Notes: a model not told the origin generated them from the sequence alone. A stretch of 64,000 nucleotides of DNA from an uncultured Solirubrobacterales bacterium (GCA_963712595.1 CAVQIM010000003.1:17662-81661), one strand, 5' to 3'. Positions 1 to 9,505 are shown, numbered from the stretch's first letter. A program made the numbers and translations.

Positions 1-328
1 CAGTCGAGTCCGACTTCCTCGGCCCCAACTTGACGATCCTGGTGTACCCACCGGGCCGCTCCACGTAGCGCGGGGCGACCTCCTCAAACAGCTTGTGCAC
101 GATGAACTTGTCGTTGTGCAGCGTCGCCAGCGCCTGCCGCCGCGCATGCAGCCCGCCCTTCTTGGCGAGGGTGATCAACTGCTCGACCTCGGGCTTCACA
201 GCCTTGGCCTTCGCCTGGCTGGTCTTGATCCGTTCGTGCTCGATCAGCTGCTTGGAGAGGTTCGAGAGCAGGGCCTCGCGATGCGCCGCGTCGCGGCTCA
301 GCTTGTTTCGCTTCTTGCGGTGACGCAT
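1..328 (-). CDS. rplQ: 50S ribosomal protein L17, 5' part; the 3' end lies outside the window
   Basis: Reverse-complement translation from the ATG at 326-328 reads MRHRKKRNKLSRDAAHREALLSNLSKQLIEHERIKTSQAKAKAVKPEVEQLITLAKKGG..., a typical bL17 N-terminus. It sits directly downstream of rpoA. It is absent from the ORF track because it is open at the window edge. Confidence 0.9.
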   Translation of the reverse strand, partial: MRHRKKRNKLSRDAAHREALLSNLSKQLIEHERIKTSQAKAKAVKPEVEQLITLAKKGGLHARRQALATLHNDKFIVHKLFEEVAPRYVERPGGYTRIVKLGPRKSDST

Positions 329-350
329 CGCTTGCTCAGCTCCCCGCCGC

Positions 351-1331
351 TCAGTCTCCCTGAAGGTCGAGGCCGCGTGCGTGCAGGGTCTCGATCACTT
401 CCTCGATCGACTTCTGGCCGAAGTTCGGGATCGCGTTCAGCTCCGAGCGCGTCTTGCGCACCAGGTCGCCGACCGTCTGCACCCCTGCCCGCTTCAGGCA
501 GTTGTAGGAGCGGACGCCGAGCTCGAGCTCCTCGATCAGGATCTCGTCGAGCCCGTTGTTGCCGGCGACGCCGTCTCCGGAGGGGCCGGGGAGCACGTCG
601 GCGGCGCGCGGCGCAACCGGGTCGCGCGTGGTCAGCTCCTCGACGCGATCCGCGTCGGTGAAGATGGCCAGGCTCTTGATCAGGATCTCGGAGGCCTCGC
701 GCAGGGCTGCACCGGGCTCGATCGAACCGTCGGTCTCGAGGTCGAGCGTCAGCTTGTCGAAGTCCGTGCGCTGCCCGACGCGGGCCGTCGCCACCGAGTA
801 GGAGGCGCGACGGATCGGCGAGAAGATCGAGTCGATCGGGATCACGCCGATCGGCTGCTCGTCGGACTTGTTCTCTTCGGCGGGCGAGTAGCCGCGGCCG
901 CGGCCGACCGTCAGGTAGACCTCGAGCTTGGTTTTCTTCTCCAGCGTTGCGATCGGCGCGTCGGGATTGAGGATCTCGACACCGGAGGGGAGATCGATGT
1001 CCTTCGCCTTGACCTCGCCGGGGCCGGTGGCCACCAGCGGCGCCTCGACCTCGTCGGCATCCGTGTGCATGCGTACGACGAGATCCTTGAGGTTGAGGAC
1101 GATGTCGGTGACGTCCTCCTTGACCCCCGGCACGGTGGAGAACTCGTGGGCGACGCCCTCGATCCGCACGCTGGTGATCGCCGCCCCGCCCAGCGAAGAG
1201 AGCAGGACGCGGCGGAGGCTGTTGCCGAAGGTGTAGCCGAAGCCCTTGTCGAGAGGCTCGATGGTGAAGGTGCCACGGCGATCGTCGACCTTCTCTGAGG
1301 TGATACGAGGGACCTGAAAGTCAGTGGTCAT
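351..1331 (-). CDS. rpoA: DNA-directed RNA polymerase subunit alpha
   Basis: 326-aa ORF with an ATG start. It has the N-terminal domain motif FTIEPLDKGFGYTFGNSLRRVLLSSL and a C-terminal domain (LELGVRSYNCLKRAGVQTVGDL). Synteny is rpsD-rpoA-rplQ. Confidence 0.98.
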   Translation of the reverse strand: MTTDFQVPRITSEKVDDRRGTFTIEPLDKGFGYTFGNSLRRVLLSSLGGAAITSVRIEGVAHEFSTVPGVKEDVTDIVLNLKDLVVRMHTDADEVEAPLVATGPGEVKAKDIDLPSGVEILNPDAPIATLEKKTKLEVYLTVGRGRGYSPAEENKSDEQPIGVIPIDSIFSPIRRASYSVATARVGQRTDFDKLTLDLETDGSIEPGAALREASEILIKSLAIFTDADRVEELTTRDPVAPRAADVLPGPSGDGVAGNNGLDEILIEELELGVRSYNCLKRAGVQTVGDLVRKTRSELNAIPNFGQKSIEEVIETLHARGLDLQGD

Positions 1332-1370
1332 GGATTCCTTGCGTTGCGTGTTCAGAAAAACGGGCGCGGC

Positions 1371-1991
1371 CTACTTGGAGTACAGCTCGACTATCAGCTG
1401 CTCCTGGACCGGTGCCGAGATCTCCGCGCGCTCGGGATAGCGCAGGACCTTGGCGGTGAGTGCGTCGTGGTCGGCCTGCAGCCAGGCCGGCACGGTCGAG
1501 ACGAGCTCGGTCGCCTTGCGAATCGTGTCGGCGGCGGCGGAGCTCGACTTGATCGAGATCACGTCCTCGGGACGGACTTGGTAAGAGGGAATGTCGACGC
1601 GCCGGCCGTTGATCAGCCAGTGACCGTGGCGGATCAGCTGCCGCGCTTGGCGCCGCGAGGCGGCAAAGCCGAGGCGGACCAGCACGTTGTCGAAGCGCGA
1701 CTCGAGCAGGCGCAGGAGGTTCTCGCCGGTGACGCCCTCCTGGCGCGAGGCCTTGTCGTAGTAGGCGCGAAACTGTTTCTCGAGCACCTGGTAGTAGCGG
1801 CGCGTCTTCTGCTTCTCGCGCAGCTGAACGCGGTACTCGGACTGGCGCATGCGCCCGCGGCCATGCTCGCCGGGCGGGTAGGAGCGGCGCTCGACCCCGC
1901 ACTTGTCGGTGAAGCAGCGCTCGCCCTTGAGGAAGAGCTTCTGGCCCTCGCGACGGCACTGCTTGCACTGCGGCGCGGTATCGCGGGCCAT
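1371..1991 (-). CDS. rpsD: 30S ribosomal protein S4
   Basis: 206-aa ORF with an ATG at 1989-1991. N-terminus [26 protein letters not shown], with an S4 domain further downstream. Confidence 0.97.
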   Translation of the reverse strand: MARDTAPQCKQCRREGQKLFLKGERCFTDKCGVERRSYPPGEHGRGRMRQSEYRVQLREKQKTRRYYQVLEKQFRAYYDKASRQEGVTGENLLRLLESRFDNVLVRLGFAASRRQARQLIRHGHWLINGRRVDIPSYQVRPEDVISIKSSSAAADTIRKATELVSTVPAWLQADHDALTAKVLRYPERAEISAPVQEQLIVELYSK

Positions 1992-1992
1992 T

Positions 1993-2156
1993 AGCGATGG
2001 CTCCTTCCGCGGGAGTGCCCCTCAGCCGGCGAAAACCAAGCCAGGCAAGGACGCAGGGAGCGTGGCGCACTTGCAAAGTGCGCGAGCGACTGAGGACGCC
2101 GGCTGGCGCCGGTTTGCAGACGGGTGAGGGGTGCTGCCGCGGAAGGAGCCATCGCT
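1993..2156 (+). repeat. Structured intergenic element, family-1 copy C1: a 20-bp perfect outer helix enclosing a conserved core
   Basis: 1993-2012 (agcgatggctccttccgcgg) is the exact reverse complement of 2137-2156. A second helix pairs cccctca (2018-2024) with tgagggg (2125-2131). The core caaggacgcagggagcg-[hairpin gcgcactt/gca/aagtgcgc]-gagcgactgaggacgcc lies at 2046-2100 and is shared with copies near 45.1, 47.2 and 51.1 kb. Confidence 0.8.
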
Positions 2157-2557
2157 TACACACGCCTCCGCTTCTTCGGGCGACAGCCGTTGTGAGCCTG
2201 GGGCGAGACGTCCTTGACCGTGGTCACGTCGAGCCCGGCTGCCTGTAGCGAGCGGATCGCCGTCTCGCGGCCCGAGCCAGCGCCCTTGGCGAAGACCTCG
2301 ACCTTCTCGAGGCCGTGTTCCATGCCCTTCTTGGCGGCGGCGTCGGCGGTCACCTGCGCCGCGAACGGGGTCGACTTGCGCGAGCCTTTGAAGCCGGCCG
2401 AGCCGGCCGACTCCCAGGCGATCACGTTGCCCTCGGTATCGGTGAGGGTGACGATCGTGTTGTTGAAGGAAGTCTTGATGTGCGCCTGCCCGTAGGTGAC
2501 GTTCTTCTTGACGCGGCGCCGGGAGCGCCCTTTGGCGGGTTTTTTCGCAGCTGCCAC
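2156..2557 (-). CDS. rpsK: 30S ribosomal protein S11
   Basis: 133-aa ORF with a GTG start. Contains [16 protein letters not shown]...[14 protein letters not shown]. Confidence 0.97.
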   Translation of the reverse strand: MAAAKKPAKGRSRRRVKKNVTYGQAHIKTSFNNTIVTLTDTEGNVIAWESAGSAGFKGSRKSTPFAAQVTADAAAKKGMEHGLEKVEVFAKGAGSGRETAIRSLQAAGLDVTTVKDVSPQAHNGCRPKKRRRV

Positions 2558-2567
2558 TGGCTATCTC

Positions 2568-2951
2568 CTACTTGGGCGCCGGCGCCTTGCGCCTGCCGGC
2601 AACGCTCATCCGGCGCGGGCCCTTGCGGCCACGCGCGTTGGTCTTCGTCCGCTGACCACGGACCGGTAGGCCGCGGCGGTGACGGAGGCCGCGGTAGGAG
2701 CCGATCTCCATCAGCCGTTTGACGTCCTGCGAGCGCTCGCGCCGCAGGTCGCCCTCGACCTCTCGCTGCTCGACCGCCTCGCGTAGGCGCACCACCTCGT
2801 CCTCGGTCAGGTCTTTGACCAGGGTGTTCGGATCGATCTTCGTCTCCTCGAGGATCTTCTGGGCAGTCGAGCGCCCGATCCCGAAGATGTAGGTGAGGCC
2901 GATTTCGACCCGCTTGCCGACCGGAACGTTGATTCCTGCGATGCGCGCCAT
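2568..2951 (-). CDS. rpsM: 30S ribosomal protein S13
   Basis: 127-aa ORF beginning [26 protein letters not shown]. Confidence 0.97.
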   Translation of the reverse strand: MARIAGINVPVGKRVEIGLTYIFGIGRSTAQKILEETKIDPNTLVKDLTEDEVVRLREAVEQREVEGDLRRERSQDVKRLMEIGSYRGLRHRRGLPVRGQRTKTNARGRKGPRRMSVAGRRKAPAPK

Positions 2952-2963
2952 AGCTCCCCGCCC

Positions 2964-3077
2964 CTAGCCCTGACGCTGCTTGTGGCGCGGGTTCTGGCAG
3001 ATCACCAAGACCGCGCCATGGCGGCGGATGATCTTGCACTTTTCGCACATCGGCTTTACAGAAGCTCTGACCTTCAT
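2964..3077 (-). CDS. rpmJ: 50S ribosomal protein L36 (zinc-ribbon type)
   Basis: Not in the ORF track because it is too short. Reverse-complement translation gives [37 protein letters not shown] followed by a stop. ATG at 3075-3077. Confidence 0.93.
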   Translation of the reverse strand: MKVRASVKPMCEKCKIIRRHGAVLVICQNPRHKQRQG

Positions 3078-3363
3078 CGCTCCGGTCTCGTATCGGCTAC
3101 AGGATCCCGCGAGCCCCAGGAGTCGGGCGTGCAGGCACAAACACCGGCCCAGTTGGGCTGGACGGGGAAAGATAGCAGGGGGGTGCTCCGGGCGAGCTGT
3201 GGTTGGGGCGTGGGCGGGTGGGTCTCGGGGGAATTGACTACCGCGCCTGCGGCGCGGTGGAATCTGGTGCGCGGCGAAGCCGCGCTCCTACATAGACGCT
3301 AAGCGCCGAAGGCGCGTGCGACATCAATTCCCGCGGAGGCACATCGCCATCCCCGCCCGCGCC

Positions 3364-6030
3364 CTAACGCGGCAAACGCTGTGTGAGCGTCACGACCTGC
3401 TGGAACGTCGGCCGGTTCTGGAACGGGAATGGTCCGAGAGTGACTCCAGAAGTGACCAAGGGGCGGTTTTGATCGAAGCAGGACGGTTGGGGGTTGGCGG
3501 CGCATTTGCCATTGCCGCCTCCGTACAGCGCGGGCGGTGTGATCTTCAGGGCGCGGCCGAGGCTGCGCTGCAGGGCGCGGCGACAGCGGGCCTTCGAGCC
3601 CTTGCCGCAATAGGCGCGGCTGAAGGGCGCCTTCGGCTTCGGGCCGAAGAGGCCGCGCAGGTCCTTGGAGACGTAGCCCCACCAGCCGTCGAAGAAATCC
3701 GGGGCGTCGGGGGAGCCGCCGGTGTGGTCGCCCAGTTTCAGCATCGCCTGGAGCTTCTCGAATGCCTTGTTGCCGAGAGACGGCTTGAACTCGGCTTCGA
3801 CCAACTTCGGCCACCAGGCGTCCATCAGCTCGATCGCCGGCGTTTCCTCGTCGACGCCGTCCCGATTCAGATCGCGCCTGTGGGCCCCCGCCCCGTGCCA
3901 GGCACTGAGGGTGGCGAGCGCCTTGCGCAGCGCCGGCTGCTTCGGCCTGCCAACCGCATCGAGGATCGTCGGCAGCAGCCGGTACCCGCGCAGGTCCTCC
4001 GTCGCCGGTTCCTCCATCGCCTGCACGAGCTGGGAGATCGTCATCTTCTTCTTGCCGCGGATTCCGGCTCGCACCCGGTCGGAGATCATCTGGGCACGGT
4101 GGAGGGACCCGTAGTCGTACTGGTCGTCGGCCGCGGCCCATTCCGGCGCCTGCTTGTTGTTCCAGGAGACGAGGAAGTCGGGGTCGACCGCCTGCGGATG
4201 CTTGGAGAAGGGCAGATATTCGGCGGTCTGCGTCGGCGGCTTGAAGCCCTTCCAGTCGAACTGGCCGGTGCCGAGGATGGGGAAGTCGGGTGAGGTTCCC
4301 CGAGCCCGCTGCGGCATCGCACCCGAGAGCGCGTAGGCGGTGTGATCGGAGTCGACGTAGGCCCAGTTGAAGAGGAAGTTGATGTTGGAGATCGCCTCCT
4401 TGAACTTCTCCGGCCCGGTGAGGAAGCCCGGTTCGTTGAGCTGGGCAAAGCCGATCACCGAGTCGGCCTCATGGAAGTAGGTGCTGCGTTGATGCGCGAA
4501 GGCGACCTTGCGCCCGCCCACCTTGCCGCGGGCGAAGACGATCCCGTGAACGGTGCGATAGGAGGTCAGCGTCTGCGATCCGGCTTCGGTCGAGTCGATC
4601 GCGTTCGGGGTCCAGCTCTCCGTCTTTTCCAGCTTTTCCATCGGCTTGCACTTGCCGCGGTAGAGGTAGTGGAAGCTGTCCTGGCAGAGCACCTCGGCGA
4701 AGGTGTCGACGTTGTCGGAGGTGGCGGTCGTCGCGCTCCAGGCGTAGTCGCGCCCATGGCCCAGCTCGACGTAGAGATTGACCCCGGCGAAGGCGGCGCC
4801 GCGGGCGTCGATCCCGGGGCCGTGCAGGTCCTCCTCCATCAGGATCTGCGGCACGTAGTAGCCGACCTGGGGACCCATCACCGCGAGCGGGTGGCCGCTC
4901 GCCGAGTGCTTGGCTGAGACCAGCTCCCAGTTCGAGGCGTGGGCGCCTTCGCGGAGCCCCCGGGCGATCGCCGCCCCCAGGCCAGCGCCACCGCTGCCAC
5001 CGGCAGATGCGGTCGCGAAGGGCGGTTTGCGCACCGAACCCGGGTCGGGCAACGCCAGACCCCGTTCGGCAAAGGCGCTGCGGGTCTCGTAGGGAAAGCG
5101 CTGGGAGATCGTGGTCGGCGCTTCGGGATCGTTCTTGGAGCGGAAGCCGAGCCACGCCCTCCTCCCCGCTTTCGGGCCGAAGCGCGCTTCGAGCGCCTGC
5201 AGCGCTTCCGCCGAGCCGACCTCGTTGCCGCCGCCGCGCCCGAAGATCCCGCCGATCAGCGAGGCGATCGCGATCACATCGGTCGGCTTCCACGCTTCCA
5301 GCGGCTTGTTCAGAAGGGAGTATTCGGCCGGCTTCAGCGTCGTGTCGGCGCTGGCCGCGGCGATGTAGGCGTTGATCCCGTCGACGTAGCTCTGCACGTC
5401 TTCGACGGCCTGCTGCCCCAGCTGCCCATGGAGCTGCGCCGCCAGTTCGAGCTGTTTTTGCAGGTCGGCCTCGGTATAGGGGGCGAAGCCCCACTGGCTG
5501 GCGTCGGCCCCGGCGTTGGAGCCGCCGAGGAAGGAGGCGAGTTCGGCGCGGCCGGTGTGGCGCAGCACGTCCATCAGGAAGAGGCGGTCGGCGGCGCCCG
5601 CGTAGCCGGCGCCGAACATCGTGTCGGCACGGGTGTCGCCATATATATGGGGAATCCCGTAGCCGGAGTCGCGCAGGATCGTCACTCCCGGCCGAGGTTC
5701 GATCGTCGAGGCGACCTCGGCCGGTGGGACGCCGAAGGTGGCGTCCTTGAAATAGGCGGAGACCCCTTCGTCGGTCAGCGCCGGCGCCGCGTAGACGAGG
5801 TTTTCGTAGAGCGGCTGCTGATCGGCGAAGTGGGGCGGCAGCGCACCCGAGCCGCGAAAGGCGAAGAGCTGCGAGAGGTTGTCGAGCCCGTTCTCACCGG
5901 GCGGCAGGACGTTGCGGAAGCCACCGGCGTCGTTGGTGCCGTAGGGCTGCGGGGCGGCCTGCGCAACAGAAACGCAGAGCATGAGGAGGAAAAGCGAGAG
6001 TGCGGTGAGGCGGAGAATCGAGCGAAACAA
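3364..6030 (-). CDS. Secreted penicillin acylase / penicillin amidase family Ntn-hydrolase
   Basis: 888-aa ORF with a TTG start 5 nt after AGGAGG. The signal peptide ends VAQA-AP. Family blocks: ILRDSGYGIPHIYGDTRADTMFGAGYAGAADRLFLMD and the nucleophile context GAHASNWELVSAKHSASGHP. Confidence 0.85.
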   Translation of the reverse strand: MFRSILRLTALSLFLLMLCVSVAQAAPQPYGTNDAGGFRNVLPPGENGLDNLSQLFAFRGSGALPPHFADQQPLYENLVYAAPALTDEGVSAYFKDATFGVPPAEVASTIEPRPGVTILRDSGYGIPHIYGDTRADTMFGAGYAGAADRLFLMDVLRHTGRAELASFLGGSNAGADASQWGFAPYTEADLQKQLELAAQLHGQLGQQAVEDVQSYVDGINAYIAAASADTTLKPAEYSLLNKPLEAWKPTDVIAIASLIGGIFGRGGGNEVGSAEALQALEARFGPKAGRRAWLGFRSKNDPEAPTTISQRFPYETRSAFAERGLALPDPGSVRKPPFATASAGGSGGAGLGAAIARGLREGAHASNWELVSAKHSASGHPLAVMGPQVGYYVPQILMEEDLHGPGIDARGAAFAGVNLYVELGHGRDYAWSATTATSDNVDTFAEVLCQDSFHYLYRGKCKPMEKLEKTESWTPNAIDSTEAGSQTLTSYRTVHGIVFARGKVGGRKVAFAHQRSTYFHEADSVIGFAQLNEPGFLTGPEKFKEAISNINFLFNWAYVDSDHTAYALSGAMPQRARGTSPDFPILGTGQFDWKGFKPPTQTAEYLPFSKHPQAVDPDFLVSWNNKQAPEWAAADDQYDYGSLHRAQMISDRVRAGIRGKKKMTISQLVQAMEEPATEDLRGYRLLPTILDAVGRPKQPALRKALATLSAWHGAGAHRRDLNRDGVDEETPAIELMDAWWPKLVEAEFKPSLGNKAFEKLQAMLKLGDHTGGSPDAPDFFDGWWGYVSKDLRGLFGPKPKAPFSRAYCGKGSKARCRRALQRSLGRALKITPPALYGGGNGKCAANPQPSCFDQNRPLVTSGVTLGPFPFQNRPTFQQVVTLTQRLPR

Positions 6031-6087
6031 GGATTCCTCCTGTTCAGTGCAACGCCCCTACCGCGCTTTTCAGCATACCCCGTCCGG

Positions 6088-6855
6088 TTACTCGTCCTCG
6101 TGCCAGGGAGTGAGGATTCTTGGGCCGTCGGCCGTGACCGCAACTGTGAACTCGAAGTGAGCGGCAAGCGAACCATCCTGCGAGTAGACCGCCCAGCCGT
6201 CATCCCCCATCCGCACCAGCGGCCCGCCGGCGTTGACCATCGGCTCGATCGCCAACACGGTCCCCTCCTCCAGCAGCGGTCCCTTGTCGGGCGTGCCGAA
6301 GTTGGGCACCTGGGGATCCTCGTGCATCTCGCGGCCGATCCCGTGCCCAACCAGGGTGCGGATGATCGAGAGTCCCTCGATCTCCACGGCGCGCTGGATA
6401 GCCGCCGAGACGTCGCCGAGACGGTTGCCGGGTTGCATCTGCTCGACCCCCGCGAACAGCGCCGCTTTCGTCACGTCGAGCAGCTTGCGGGCATCCGGGT
6501 CGATCGAGCCGATCGGCACCGTCATCGCCGCGTCGGCGACCCAACCGTCCTTGACCACGCCGACGTCGATCGAGAGCACGTCGCCCCGCTTGCACTCGTA
6601 CTCGCCCGGGATTCCGTGCACGACCATCGAGTTTGGCGAGGAGCAGATCGAGGCTGGGAAGCCTCGGTATCCCTTGAAGGCGGGCTCCGCCCCCTGCGAT
6701 CGGATCAGCTTCTCGGCAGCGAGGTCGAGCTCTTTGGTGGTCACCCCGGGGCGCGCCTTGGCAGCGAGCATCTGCAGGCAACGCACCAGGATCTCGCCCG
6801 AGGCTGCCATCTGCTCGACCTGCGCGGGCGTCTTCTTGATGATCATCCTGTACAC
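6088..6855 (-). CDS. map: Type I methionine aminopeptidase
   Basis: 255-aa ORF containing VVHGIPG...GDVLSIDVG...HGIGREMHE...LAIEPM. The start is uncertain: GTG at 6855 or ATG at 6846. Confidence 0.93.
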   Translation of the reverse strand: MYRMIIKKTPAQVEQMAASGEILVRCLQMLAAKARPGVTTKELDLAAEKLIRSQGAEPAFKGYRGFPASICSSPNSMVVHGIPGEYECKRGDVLSIDVGVVKDGWVADAAMTVPIGSIDPDARKLLDVTKAALFAGVEQMQPGNRLGDVSAAIQRAVEIEGLSIIRTLVGHGIGREMHEDPQVPNFGTPDKGPLLEEGTVLAIEPMVNAGGPLVRMGDDGWAVYSQDGSLAAHFEFTVAVTADGPRILTPWHEDE

Positions 6856-6867
6856 GCTAATGCCGGC

Positions 6868-7548
6868 TTAAATCGCCTCGTCGGCCTCGAGGCGAAGTGT
6901 TGCCAGGGTGCGGCGAATCTCGTCGGCGACGGCGTCCGGCGCCGCCGCGCCGTCGATCCGCCGTAGCAGGCTCTGCCCGTCGTAGTGCTCGATCAGGGGC
7001 GCGGTCTTGGCGTGGTACTGCTCGAGGCGGTGGCGAATCACCTCCGGCTTGTCGTCGTCGCGGACGATCAGCTCGCTGCCGTCGACGTCGCAGACCCCTT
7101 CCTGCTTCGGCGGGTTGAAGTCGACGTGAAACACGTGACCGCCCTCGACGCAGGTGCGCCGCCCCCCCAGCCGGCGGACGACCTCGTCGTCGTCGGCGTC
7201 GATCAACAAAACCGCGGTCAGCCCCCGGCCCAGCTCGGCGAGCTTCTCGGCCAGCGCCTCGGCCTGTGGCGCCGTGCGCGGAAAGCCGTCGAGGATGAAG
7301 CCGTCCTCGGCCTCGGAGGAATCGATGCGCTCGGCGATCGCCCCGACGATCACCTCGTCTGGGACGAGGTCACCGCGGTCCATGTACTCCTTCGCCGTGC
7401 GGCCGAGATCCGTCCCCTCCCGAACCGCCGCGCGCAGGATGTCGCCGGTGGCGTAGTAGGGCAGCTGCAGCTCCTCCTGAAGGCGCTCCCCCTGGGTGCC
7501 CTTACCGGAACCCGGTGGGCCCAGAAGTACGAGGTTCAGCTCAGCCAT
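6868..7548 (-). CDS. adk: Adenylate kinase (long form with lid domain)
   Basis: 226-aa ORF with the P-loop GPPGSGKGTQ. The lid sequence is CVEGGHVFHVDFNPPKQEGVCDVDG. Confidence 0.96.
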   Translation of the reverse strand: MAELNLVLLGPPGSGKGTQGERLQEELQLPYYATGDILRAAVREGTDLGRTAKEYMDRGDLVPDEVIVGAIAERIDSSEAEDGFILDGFPRTAPQAEALAEKLAELGRGLTAVLLIDADDDEVVRRLGGRRTCVEGGHVFHVDFNPPKQEGVCDVDGSELIVRDDDKPEVIRHRLEQYHAKTAPLIEHYDGQSLLRRIDGAAAPDAVADEIRRTLATLRLEADEAI

Positions 7549-7557
7549 CGAGGCGGC

Positions 7558-8832
7558 TTATTTGAGGAAGCCCTCGTAGTTGCGCATCATCAGCTGCGCC
7601 TCGAGCTGCTTCACGGTTTCGAGAGCGACGCCGATCACGATCAGGATCGAGGTTCCGCCGAAGAAGAAGTTGGCGGAGGTCTGGCTGATCAAGATCGTCG
7701 GCAGCGCTGCCACGGCGCCGAGATAGAGGGCGCCGGGGAATGTCAACCGCGAGAGGATGCGGTCCAGATACTCGGCGGTCGGCCGACCGGGCCGCACGCC
7801 CGGGATGAAGCCGCCGTACTTCTTCAGGTTGTCCGCCTGGTCGACTGGATTGAAGGTGACCGCGGTGTAGAAGTAGGTGAAGACGACGATGAAGAACACC
7901 TCGCCGACGACGTAGGCCCAGCTGTTGGGACCGAAGAAGGCAGAGAAATCGAGTGCCGCGTTGGTGTTGAGGAGCTGGCCGATCGTCGAGGGGAAGGCCA
8001 TGATCGAGGCGGCGAAGATGACCGGGATGACCCCCGCCATGTTGACCCGCAGCGGTAGGTAGGTCGAGCCTCCCGAAGTCATTTTTCGCCCGACGACCCG
8101 TTTCGCGTACTGAACCGGGATGCGGCGCTGGCCCTCCTGGACGAAGACGATCGCGACGATCACGGCGAGGGCGATGAACGGCATCATCACGACGAAGACC
8201 TGGTCCGGGTTGGTCCACCAGGCTTCGATCCCGTGCGGCAGGCCGGAGACGATCGAGGCGAAGATCATCAGCGAGATCCCGTTGCCGATCCCCCGTTGGG
8301 TGATCAGCTCGCCCAGCCACATCAGCAGCGTGCAGCCCGCCGTAAGCGAGATCACGATCAGCAGCACCTTGCCGCCGCTGAGGGTGCCGAGCAGGTTTTC
8401 TCCGCCCGCCTGCTGACCGAAGGAACGGAAGAGGAAGACGTAACCGAAGGACTGGCCGAAGGCGAGGGCGACGGTGAGGTAGCGCGTGTACTGGGTGATC
8501 TTCTGCTGACCGACCTCGCCTTCTTTCTGCAGCTTCTCCAGCGAGGGGACGACCACGGTGAGGAGCTGGAGGATGATCGAGGCGGTGATGTAGGGCATGA
8601 TCCCCAGCGCGAAAAGCGAGAGGCGCGAGAGACTGCCTCCCGAGAAGGTATTGAGGAAGCCGAGGATGCCGGCGCCGCCGAAGTTGCCCTGGATTTCCTT
8701 GACGGCGTCGAGGCTGATCCCTGGCGCGGGGATATAGGCACCCAGCCGGTAGAGCAGCAGCATCGCCGCGGTGAAGGCGAGCTTCTTGCGAATCTCGGCG
8801 ACGCTGAATGCGTTCGCAATAGTCCGGAGCAT
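7558..8832 (-). CDS. secY: Preprotein translocase subunit SecY
   Basis: 424-aa polytopic ORF containing LFALGIMPYITASIILQLL. Synteny is rplO-secY-adk. Confidence 0.97.
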   Translation of the reverse strand: MLRTIANAFSVAEIRKKLAFTAAMLLLYRLGAYIPAPGISLDAVKEIQGNFGGAGILGFLNTFSGGSLSRLSLFALGIMPYITASIILQLLTVVVPSLEKLQKEGEVGQQKITQYTRYLTVALAFGQSFGYVFLFRSFGQQAGGENLLGTLSGGKVLLIVISLTAGCTLLMWLGELITQRGIGNGISLMIFASIVSGLPHGIEAWWTNPDQVFVVMMPFIALAVIVAIVFVQEGQRRIPVQYAKRVVGRKMTSGGSTYLPLRVNMAGVIPVIFAASIMAFPSTIGQLLNTNAALDFSAFFGPNSWAYVVGEVFFIVVFTYFYTAVTFNPVDQADNLKKYGGFIPGVRPGRPTAEYLDRILSRLTFPGALYLGAVAALPTILISQTSANFFFGGTSILIVIGVALETVKQLEAQLMMRNYEGFLK

Positions 8833-9329
8833 TAGGGCTCCAGAGTGTGGCAGGAACCGCCCGCCGCTTCTATCTGCTCCTTTGCGGCAGCGCTGAAGGC
8901 ATGGGCCCGCACGGTCAGCTTCTTGGAGATCTCTCCGCGAGCGAGGATCTTCACCGGATCCGAGCGCTTCGCCAACCCCTTCTCCTTCAGGGTCTCCGGC
9001 GTCACCTCGGCGTCGGCGTCGAAGCGCTCCTCCAGGTCGGCCAGGTTGACCGGCTGGGACTTGGTCCGGAAGTTCTCAAACGGCATCGACTGCTTTTTGT
9101 GCGGGCCCCGGAGCTTTCGCATCCGCATGTGGATCGGGTTCTGCCCGCCCTCGTAGCCCGCCTTGCGTTTGGACCCTGAGCGCGAGCCCGCGCCCTTGTG
9201 GCCGCGACCGGAGGTCTTCCCCAACCCCGAGCCCTCGCCGCGGCCAAGCCGCTTCCGCGGCCGGCGCGAACCGGGCTTCGGCTTCAAGTTGTGAAGCCCG
9301 ATCTCCTCGGACCGAGGCGTCTCAGCCAT
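8832..9329 (-). CDS. rplO: 50S ribosomal protein L15
   Basis: 165-aa ORF with a G/R/K-rich N-terminus (GRGHKGAGSRSG). Its stop overlaps the secY start (TAATG). Confidence 0.95.
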   Translation of the reverse strand: MAETPRSEEIGLHNLKPKPGSRRPRKRLGRGEGSGLGKTSGRGHKGAGSRSGSKRKAGYEGGQNPIHMRMRKLRGPHKKQSMPFENFRTKSQPVNLADLEERFDADAEVTPETLKEKGLAKRSDPVKILARGEISKKLTVRAHAFSAAAKEQIEAAGGSCHTLEP

Positions 9330-9505
9330 CAGCCGTCCACCTCGACCAGATGAGAGACAGTGCGAATCTGACCTTGTAGCTGCGGCGAATCCTTCCGCTC
9401 CACAGCCTTCCCAATCCGCCCGAGCCCCAACGCCTGAAGCGTCGCTTTCTGAGCGGGATTAGTGCCGTTAGCGGAGCGAACCTGCTTGATCTTGACCCCG
9501 CTCAC
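9329..9505 (-). CDS. rpmD: 50S ribosomal protein L30
   Basis: Not in the ORF track. Reverse-complement translation from the GTG at 9503-9505 gives [58 protein letters not shown] and a stop. It overlaps the rpsE stop (GTGA) and the rplO start. Confidence 0.9.
   Translation of the reverse strand: MSGVKIKQVRSANGTNPAQKATLQALGLGRIGKAVERKDSPQLQGQIRTVSHLVEVDG

Noticed and set aside
2085-2100. A hammerhead-ribozyme-like CUGAGGA box in repeat copy C1.
   Set aside because: The other three copies read CCGAGGA. There is no correctly placed GAAA or stem II/III arrangement. The resemblance is a chance heptamer.
3078-3363. A possible infA remnant between rpmJ and the acylase gene.
   Set aside because: No frame gives anything resembling IF-1 (no ...GRVVE.LPNA.FRV.L.NGH... 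sequence). The region is best read as hairpins plus promoter.
7130-7250. The adenylate kinase lid has only two of the four zinc-ligand cysteines (CVEGGH...CDVDG).
   Set aside because: Loss of the Cys4 site, with His or Asp replacements or no metal at all, is well known among bacterial Adk proteins and is not remarkable.
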